Of a stretch of 37,131 nucleotides of DNA, positions 30,974 through 37,131 are shown one piece after another. A model generated the notes under the pieces. That model worked only from the letters and a program-made list of their open reading frames with translations, was not told where the DNA came from and ran no database searches. Within the stretch, counting starts at the first letter, position 1. The number at the start of each line of letters is the position of its first letter. Source of the stretch: Pseudomonadota bacterium (lineage in GTDB: Bacteria > Bdellovibrionota_B > Oligoflexia > Oligoflexales > RGVZ01); the NCBI GenBank assembly GCA_041178085.1, contig JBEGVZ010000090.1:1-37131 (forward strand), written 5' to 3'. Made by a program: the position numbers and the translations under genes.

Positions 30974-32082
30974 CCGGATTTGAATCCTGCGGGGATATCT
31001 ATCCACAAATAAAACGCTCCGCCAGGGGGTACCCTGCAAATAAGCCTGGCTTCGGCACATGACTTGATTGCTTCGGCGCGCCGTTTCAGGAAGGCTTCGC
31101 GGCGCGCAGCCGCGAAGGCAGGTTCAGCCGCCAGCAGGCGGGGAAGCGCCAGCTGTGCCTGGGCATTCACGCAGGGCACACGAATAGACATTAACATTCC
31201 CATCGGCCTGATCAGGTGATCCGGGCCGGCGCACCATCCGGCACGCAAGCCGGGCAGTCCGTGGGATTTGCTGACGCTGGACACAACGACAGTCCGGTCA
31301 CGTGCCCCGGGGCAGGCTGCGATGCTGCGGAAATCCCTTTCCCAGCAAAACCCGGAATAGACTTCGTCGCTCAGGATGATCGATCCATTCTTTTCCGCGA
31401 GCCTTGCAATCAAAGCCAGGTCATCGGGATGGATCATACTGCCATCTGGATTGGCTGGACTGTTCACCAGAACAATGCGGGCTCCGCGCATCGCGTGAGA
31501 GAGTCTGTCCGGATCGATCCGGCCCGTCTCTGGCGATGGTCCCGGGACGCGTCTGACATGAAGACCCCTGGTCCGGGCCAGCCAGGGATAAAACAAGTAG
31601 CATGGATCGAATAATACGATCCGCTCGCCTGGGCTGGCGAACGCCTCCAGCGCGTGCGCAAGGCCTTGAGAGGCTCCGTTGCAAATCAGTATTTCGCGGG
31701 AGGGATCGTACGAGATTCCCGAATCGTGCTTGATCTTTGCGGCGACAGCGCGTGTAGCAGCATCAGTGCCAAATGCAGGTGGATAGATGGAAAGCAGGGA
31801 GTCGAGCTCAGGTGCCGGTGGAATGTCGCGCACGATTTCCGGTATGCCGTGCATATCCGGCATTCCCTGGGACAGGTCGATCAGCTTTTCGCCATCTGTA
31901 CGCGCCTGTTGTACGCTTCGTTCAAAAGATTCGAGAAGCTCAAGGTCGGCGACCGGTGCGTCAAGAACATCCTCGCTGTAATTTTTCAGGAAAGGCCACT
32001 TGTCCGCAAGGCGCCGCTTGACCATCGGATCCAGCCTTGCGATGCCAGAGTTGATTGCCAATTTCCGGAAAAAATTTGCCAT
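30823..32082 (-). CDS. PLP-dependent aminotransferase class I/II with an N-terminal extension
   Basis: IDLSQGMPD, GASQGL, NSPANPDG, SDEVY, SVSKSHGLPGLRAGW and GAFYLW. Confidence 0.92.
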   Translation of the reverse strand: MANFFRKLAINSGIARLDPMVKRRLADKWPFLKNYSEDVLDAPVADLELLESFERSVQQARTDGEKLIDLSQGMPDMHGIPEIVRDIPPAPELDSLLSIYPPAFGTDAATRAVAAKIKHDSGISYDPSREILICNGASQGLAHALEAFASPGERIVLFDPCYLFYPWLARTRGLHVRRVPGPSPETGRIDPDRLSHAMRGARIVLVNSPANPDGSMIHPDDLALIARLAEKNGSIILSDEVYSGFCWERDFRSIAACPGARDRTVVVSSVSKSHGLPGLRAGWCAGPDHLIRPMGMLMSIRVPCVNAQAQLALPRLLAAEPAFAAARREAFLKRRAEAIKSCAEARLICRVPPGGAFYLWIDIPAGFKSGYEFASSSLAKARVVMMPGEPFGPAGSRKVRMSWGGSSEAFAEAMQRIAP

Positions 32083-32122
32083 CGGATCTTTCGTGCCCGG
32101 TAGAGGATTTTTGCCGCTGGCC

Positions 32123-32539
32123 TTATTTTTCCTGAGTTTTATCCAGCTTCTTTTTCAGCGAGCGGAGCTCCGTGGCCTGTTTGTGCAGCAACTGGTCGAC
32201 GTACTCAAGCCGCGCCCGGTAATCCTTGAATACAGCACGGACCCATTCGGGAAGCTGAGAGACCTGCTGTTTGAATGGTTCCGCGGGGATTTTTTTGCAC
32301 ACGACCTCCGTCCTTGCCCGCGCCGAGGCCATGCGGGTCGAGGAGGTCACAATCGCCATCACCCCCAGGAACTCTCCCGGGCCCATCTCGGCGAGAACCG
32401 AAGGGGCTCCAGCGGTGCCAAGATAAACTTCCACGGTACCTTTTTCGATATGATAAATGGCGTCGCCTTTTTCTCCCTGCTGGAAGATGACATCACCGGG
32501 TGCGAATCGAATCTTGTTGCCTGAATCTGTATCGCTCAT
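32123..32539 (-). CDS. Stand-alone cyclic-nucleotide-binding domain protein with coiled-coil tail
   Basis: IFQQGEKGDAIYHIEKGTVEV, GEFLGVMA and RMASARA; GGAGG RBS; no HTH. Confidence 0.88.
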   Translation of the reverse strand: MSDTDSGNKIRFAPGDVIFQQGEKGDAIYHIEKGTVEVYLGTAGAPSVLAEMGPGEFLGVMAIVTSSTRMASARARTEVVCKKIPAEPFKQQVSQLPEWVRAVFKDYRARLEYVDQLLHKQATELRSLKKKLDKTQEK

Positions 32540-32662
32540 TTTGGTTGCCTCCTGCACTGGCGAAGGGCGGGATGCTTGTGCGTCCCCTGACCAAGATCAT
32601 ACATGAAGAATCAAACACGCTGGAAGGTTGCCTGGCTCTGCAATCCATGAAAAGCTCTTGTC

Positions 32663-34051
32663 ATGAAACATAAAATTTTTCTCATCACGGCAACGGCGTT
32701 CTTTTGTTCAACCATCCTTTTGGGCTTTGGGGCTCAATCGCAAACCGGTGGAGACGTCCGCCAGATCAACATCGCAACCGCCGGTGTGCCTGGAATTGCC
32801 AGGATCAAAGCGATTGTCGAAGGGGCTGGTGCGGAGTCCTGGTGGAGCGAAGTAGGTGAGTCGATGTTGGTGCAGGCTTCGCCCGCAGGATTCGCGCAGT
32901 TGACGTCGGCTGGATTTACCGCAACCAGTGTCCCAGGTGTCGAGGGAATCGAAGACCTGCGGGTTTTTATCGGCGGTCACAGAGACGGTTCCTTGGATGA
33001 TCTTCCCGGGACGACGTCGGTGGTTGTGGATGCCGGCCGGGTCAAAGTCATCGCCGGTACGTCCCAAACGTTTGCAACCTTGGAGAGTCAAGCCAACGTC
33101 GATCACGCCGGTAGCGGTTTGTTTCATGTCGAACCTAATCAGGTGATTTTGCGCCTTGCCAGCAACGACGTGGTCAAAGAGTCATTTTCTGCTTCGCAAA
33201 CCACGCTAATCGATGACGCGGCCGCGCGAGTCGACCGGTCGCGGTGGTGGCGGGATGTGCAAACGCTTACTGCGTGGAATCGTCACATTTCCGCTTCGGG
33301 AAATATCGCGGCACGTGATTGGATCAAATCCGTTTTTGAAGCGATTCCCGGCATGGAAGTCACCCTTCAGGACTTCCGGGTCCAGGGGCGCGATGCCTGG
33401 AACGTAGTTGCAACCTTGCCGGCCAATACCAAGGCTATTGAGTCCGCTCGCTTGGGGACTTCCCGGTCGGTTGTCATCGGCGGTCATTTTGATTCGATCT
33501 CAGAGCGTCCATCGTCATCGGCGCCTGGTGCAGAGGACAATGCAAGCGGCACTGCAGGGGTTATCGAGCTGGCTCGGGTGTTGGCGGACGGTCCCAGGGC
33601 CCATGATATTGTTTTTGTCGCCTTTTCAGGCGAAGAGCAGGGGCTTCACGGGTCGGCGGCTTTCGTCCAGGCTCTGTCGCCCCAGCAGCGGCAGGGGATC
33701 CTTGGGGCCATCACCATGGACATGATTGCATACGCGAGCAGTGGCTCGCAGGGAAGCCTTGGAGTGTTGATCGAGACCACTCGGTCATTCGCCAATTTCG
33801 GGCGATTGTTTGCCGACGCCGCGGCGCGCGTTACAACGCTGCAGGTCAGTACGTCCTACAATCCATTCGGGAGTGACCACATGTCCTTCCTTGATGAGGG
33901 CATACCTGCCATCCTGTCGATTGATAAAGACTGGGATGACTATGGTCACTACCACCGTACCACCGACACACCGGACAGGCTGACGCCGGAACTGGCCGGG
34001 GAAATTTTGAAAATGAATGCCGCTGTGGCCGCGGCTTTGGCCAACCAGTAA
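32663..34051 (+). CDS. Secreted M28 family aminopeptidase
   Basis: Signal peptide; GGHFDS, GAEDNASG, FSGEEQGLHGS, MDMI, SDH and YHRTTD. Confidence 0.92.
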   Translation: MKHKIFLITATAFFCSTILLGFGAQSQTGGDVRQINIATAGVPGIARIKAIVEGAGAESWWSEVGESMLVQASPAGFAQLTSAGFTATSVPGVEGIEDLRVFIGGHRDGSLDDLPGTTSVVVDAGRVKVIAGTSQTFATLESQANVDHAGSGLFHVEPNQVILRLASNDVVKESFSASQTTLIDDAAARVDRSRWWRDVQTLTAWNRHISASGNIAARDWIKSVFEAIPGMEVTLQDFRVQGRDAWNVVATLPANTKAIESARLGTSRSVVIGGHFDSISERPSSSAPGAEDNASGTAGVIELARVLADGPRAHDIVFVAFSGEEQGLHGSAAFVQALSPQQRQGILGAITMDMIAYASSGSQGSLGVLIETTRSFANFGRLFADAAARVTTLQVSTSYNPFGSDHMSFLDEGIPAILSIDKDWDDYGHYHRTTDTPDRLTPELAGEILKMNAAVAAALANQ

Positions 34052-34072
34052 GGCTAAGGCAAATCGTTTCTT

Positions 34073-35127
34073 AACTGCTCTACTTGGCTGCGCCTCACGC
34101 GCTGAGTGGCATACATTCGAGAGGCCAGGTCTGCCAGAGTGCCGGACTGGCCTTTGCTTGCCTCCCCCCTGTCTCGTCCCGCATTTCGATCCTCGTATTA
34201 TGGGCGCACACGTATAGATCTAGCCGGCACTGCAGCCGGTCGATCCGTTTGTTGGTGCACCACGTCCGGCGGGCCAGGCACTTCAAGTTGTCTCGCACCA
34301 TGGCGCAGGTCTGGTTCAAGGAAAACAGGGGGTCTCTGCCGCCGGCCTTGAGTTCTCCCAGACCGACCACACATCCACGGCGTCCCTTAAACGTCTTGTG
34401 CACAGCCGTGGGCAGGTGCTTCTTCACAAGATCGGGATACCGCGGGCACTGGTCCGATTTAACAATAAGGCCGGGCTTTGCGACTCCGGCGATATCCTGC
34501 AAAACCGCAGACAAAGCTGACTTTCTGTCGTCTTTTCGCTTGCCGTAGCGGCGGCGAGAAATCTTTGCCAGCCGACCCTTCGCCGGCATGCTGGCGGCCT
34601 TCAAGCGCAAAATGATGCGCGTAGGCTCCTGGACGGCCGCGGCAATCGCGACGGGTTTGCATTTGGTGTGTTCAGAGGTTTCCATCTCGTCAAAATCAGC
34701 GGTTTCAACCGAGTCTTGCATACGGGCAAGCCTCCGATCCTGATCAGAATTCGCAAACTTAGCCATGAGGACAAGTTTTCTGGCGACGGTGATCTGGGTG
34801 GTCGCGCACAGAAGTGCGATCCGGCGCTGCGAAACGCCGGAAACAATCAGATTGAAGATGGGACGGTGAAGATCAGGCCGCCTCTGACGGGCATTCAGGG
34901 TGCCATTGGTTTGCGAGAACCAGACGTGACATTTTTTGCAGAGGAATCGCTGGCTCCTTCCGCCGGGGATGGTCCGATGAGGAAAAAAACCCTTTCTTAT
35001 GGCGCACTTGGAACTTCTGCATTTTGGGCACTCCATCGCTCTCCCCCTTTAGAAGGAAGCACAATGGACCGGAGCTGAACGGGGATGAAGTGACATCCGA
35101 AGTCAGGCGCAGGGATGGAGAGCAGTT
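34073..35127 (-). mobile_element. IS1-like insertion sequence, about 1055 bp, with 23-bp imperfect terminal inverted repeats
   Basis: AACTGCTCTACTTGGCTGCGCCT (34073-34095) matches the reverse complement of 35105-35127 (AACTGCTCTCCATCCCTGCGCCT) at 19/23 positions and brackets the transposase. No clear target duplication. Confidence 0.7.
34095..35036 (-). CDS. Single-ORF IS1-like transposase (Zn ribbon + HTH + RNase H-like core)
   Basis: CPKC...QRFLCKKC, GVSQRRIALL HTH, FDEME, KSDQCPRY and LARRTWCTNK. Confidence 0.85.
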   Translation of the reverse strand: MECPKCRSSKCAIRKGFFPHRTIPGGRSQRFLCKKCHVWFSQTNGTLNARQRRPDLHRPIFNLIVSGVSQRRIALLCATTQITVARKLVLMAKFANSDQDRRLARMQDSVETADFDEMETSEHTKCKPVAIAAAVQEPTRIILRLKAASMPAKGRLAKISRRRYGKRKDDRKSALSAVLQDIAGVAKPGLIVKSDQCPRYPDLVKKHLPTAVHKTFKGRRGCVVGLGELKAGGRDPLFSLNQTCAMVRDNLKCLARRTWCTNKRIDRLQCRLDLYVCAHNTRIEMRDETGGRQAKASPALWQTWPLECMPLSA

Positions 35128-35128
35128 T

Positions 35129-36646
35129 TTACTTCTTCTCCAGCCAAACGCGGTAAATTCTCTTCCCGGCGTTTTCTTCGAAAACCACTCCGGGTGGAGC
35201 GCCTTGCTGGACAAGGTCCGCGCTGACAGTCGCAAGGTCAATTCCACGGTTGCGTATCATTGCATGGACTTCATCCGGAACCAGGTCTGGCAGGTTTTCG
35301 ATCGCAGCGACGGGCATCTCAACTTCGACCACAGTTTCCGCGCCCTCTGTAACTTTCACCTTAAGATGGCTGGACTTCCATTGCGGCCTTGAGTGGATAC
35401 TGTTGTTTGACTCGTGTGGTGTCTGGCGCTGCGGAGTCCAGACCCCTGCGCGATCTGCAATCTGTTTCGCGGTGTCGCTGAGGGGGCGTGTGTCGACTTC
35501 GACGCCTAACGTCTTCAGGCCGGAATGCCATCCCTGGACCGAACGCATGAGGTAAAGGAACCACGGTGGACCTGCCATGCGGAACCACCACCTGCCGTCG
35601 CCAAGGTTTTTGTCGATTTCTCTGCCGGGCTGCCAGGATCCGGGATCCCAACGGGTGTCGCCGGTAAAAGGCTGCAGCAAGGATGCCATCACTGCGCCAA
35701 TACCAGCGCGGATAGTTTTCAGCTTGGATTCATCAAAACCGAGCGAAGTCAGCAGCGGTCCCCAGTCTAATTCCGCGGCGCTGCTGCCAGCGGCGGCTAC
35801 AACCACCATGCGAGCAAGTGTCGAAGCGTGCAGCGATTCAATTCGTTGCATCGCGCCAAAGTCATAAAGCACCATGTTCGTGATGTTTCCTGATTTCCTG
35901 AAGCCGTAATTTCCGGGATTCAGATCGCAGTGGATCAGGCGGTGATCGAAAAGGCTGGAGGCAAGATATTCAACCATCAGGGAAGCTGCCGCAGTAGCCC
36001 GAATTTCAGTCTGGGCAACATCATTCACGGAAGTCGCGGGTTCAAAGGATTGGGTAAGTATGCGGGCAGTTGAAAACTGACTGAATATTTCAGGAACGAT
36101 GATCTGTGTTCCACTGAAGGATCTGCGTGCCTCTTGCTGGTATATTGCTTCCTGCCGGTAATCCAGCTCTTCGCGCAGCTTTTCCGTCAAGAAACCTCGC
36201 CAGCCATCCCGGGAAAAACCAAATGCCCGGGCGGGGCTGCGTGCGGCCAGGGCGAGGAAGTCGTCCAGCTGGGAATCGATTTCCTCTGTGACGCCAGGGA
36301 ACTGGATTTTTATGGCAACGCTTTCCCCGCTGCGCAGCCGCCCCCTGTGTACTTGCGACAGAGAAGCAACCTGCGGGTGATCTGTGATCTCTTCAATTTC
36401 AGCGGCGAGGGCTGGGCATTGTTCTTCAATGAGGTGGCGAACTTCCGGTAGTTCCAGCCTGGGAGAAGGCGCATCTGCTTTTATCCCGGTGCGCATCGCG
36501 ATCATCTGTCCGATTTTCGCAGGGATGCCGGATTGCTCCAGCAAGGTTCCCACGAGGTACTGGCGAGCGCTGTCTTTTGAGAAAAGAGAGCGAACGGCTG
36601 TTCCCGCGCCAATCGTCGAGAATTTAATCAGTCGCCCCGCGCGCAA
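35129..36646 (-). CDS. ABC1/AarF/UbiB family atypical kinase with an extra C-terminal domain
   Basis: KIGQ, ASLSQVH, VAIKIQFPG, EELDYRQEA, HCDLNPGN and LYDFG. Confidence 0.9.
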   Translation of the reverse strand: MRAGRLIKFSTIGAGTAVRSLFSKDSARQYLVGTLLEQSGIPAKIGQMIAMRTGIKADAPSPRLELPEVRHLIEEQCPALAAEIEEITDHPQVASLSQVHRGRLRSGESVAIKIQFPGVTEEIDSQLDDFLALAARSPARAFGFSRDGWRGFLTEKLREELDYRQEAIYQQEARRSFSGTQIIVPEIFSQFSTARILTQSFEPATSVNDVAQTEIRATAAASLMVEYLASSLFDHRLIHCDLNPGNYGFRKSGNITNMVLYDFGAMQRIESLHASTLARMVVVAAAGSSAAELDWGPLLTSLGFDESKLKTIRAGIGAVMASLLQPFTGDTRWDPGSWQPGREIDKNLGDGRWWFRMAGPPWFLYLMRSVQGWHSGLKTLGVEVDTRPLSDTAKQIADRAGVWTPQRQTPHESNNSIHSRPQWKSSHLKVKVTEGAETVVEVEMPVAAIENLPDLVPDEVHAMIRNRGIDLATVSADLVQQGAPPGVVFEENAGKRIYRVWLEKK

Positions 36647-36647
36647 G

Positions 36648-37034
36648 TCAGAAAATCCAATGCGCCATGGCGAGCATCAGAGTCAGGCCAAAGCCGACCA
36701 TCCAGACCGTTGAGCGGGCGAGCGGCTTGTCGGCAAGGTACAGGGCTATGTAAAGGACGCGGCTAATCACAAAAACTCTGGCGAGCGGAGCCGTAATCGC
36801 AGGATCGACTTGGTTGACGTAAGCGATCAGGACTGCACAGGCGAACAGGAGCAGGGCTTCGAAGCTGTTCAGGTGTGCGCCCACCGCCCTCTGGCCAACT
36901 CCCGTCAAGCGGGCCTGCTGGATGCGGGGGACGCGGTTGTTGTAGCCGTCTTTATATTGTGCATAAGCGACAAAAAGTCGGGGAATGAACGGTAAAATCA
37001 TGGAGATCAAAAGGCATGTGAACATGACGCTCAT
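36648..37034 (-). CDS. MAPEG family membrane protein
   Basis: YNNRVPR, RAVGAHLNSFEAL, SRVLYIALYLAD and RSTVW; ATG 37034 preferred over the TTG at 37070. Confidence 0.88.
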   Translation of the reverse strand: MSVMFTCLLISMILPFIPRLFVAYAQYKDGYNNRVPRIQQARLTGVGQRAVGAHLNSFEALLLFACAVLIAYVNQVDPAITAPLARVFVISRVLYIALYLADKPLARSTVWMVGFGLTLMLAMAHWIF

Positions 37035-37131
37035 CTGAATAGGCCCCCCTGCGTATGCGGTAAAGTCCAACTCATTGTCGGTGACAGATGCTCAGAGATC
37101 AAGGGGCATGAATTCGAGTTTTTGTAGTATC

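Noticed and set aside
37072..37131. Possible 3' end of an upstream minus-strand gene
   Set aside because: Too short to choose a reading frame.

Overview
A gene-dense, GC-rich bacterial chromosomal window; the gene repertoire suggests a Bdellovibrionota/Oligoflexia-like deltaproteobacterium (inference). It has about 32 likely CDSs, one tRNA-Ala(GGC), one IS1-like element with imperfect terminal inverted repeats, and no CRISPR, rRNA or prophage. The left part (1-16.5 kb) is mostly housekeeping and envelope genes: RhlB-like DEAD-box helicase, OPT transporter, YdcF, methyltransferase, flippase, VKOR-DsbA, pip and a MoxR-DUF58-transglutaminase operon. At 16.7-21.9 kb are orphan exported proteins and lipoproteins behind candidate sigma54 promoters, including a clostripain-like protein that lacks the catalytic Cys. 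The most interesting region is 21.9-32.5 kb. An AT-rich spacer with a Crp/Fnr-like box separates two divergent arms: leftwards a GH3 acyl-amido synthetase, Zn-peptidase, Ddl-like ATP-grasp, TatD and TcdA; rightwards a large lipoprotein, alpha/beta hydrolase and enolase-superfamily enzyme, facing a convergent PLP aminotransferase and cNMP-binding protein. This looks like an uncharacterised N-acyl-amino-acid or small lipopeptide biosynthesis/turnover system. All family calls come from motifs read by eye, not from database searches.
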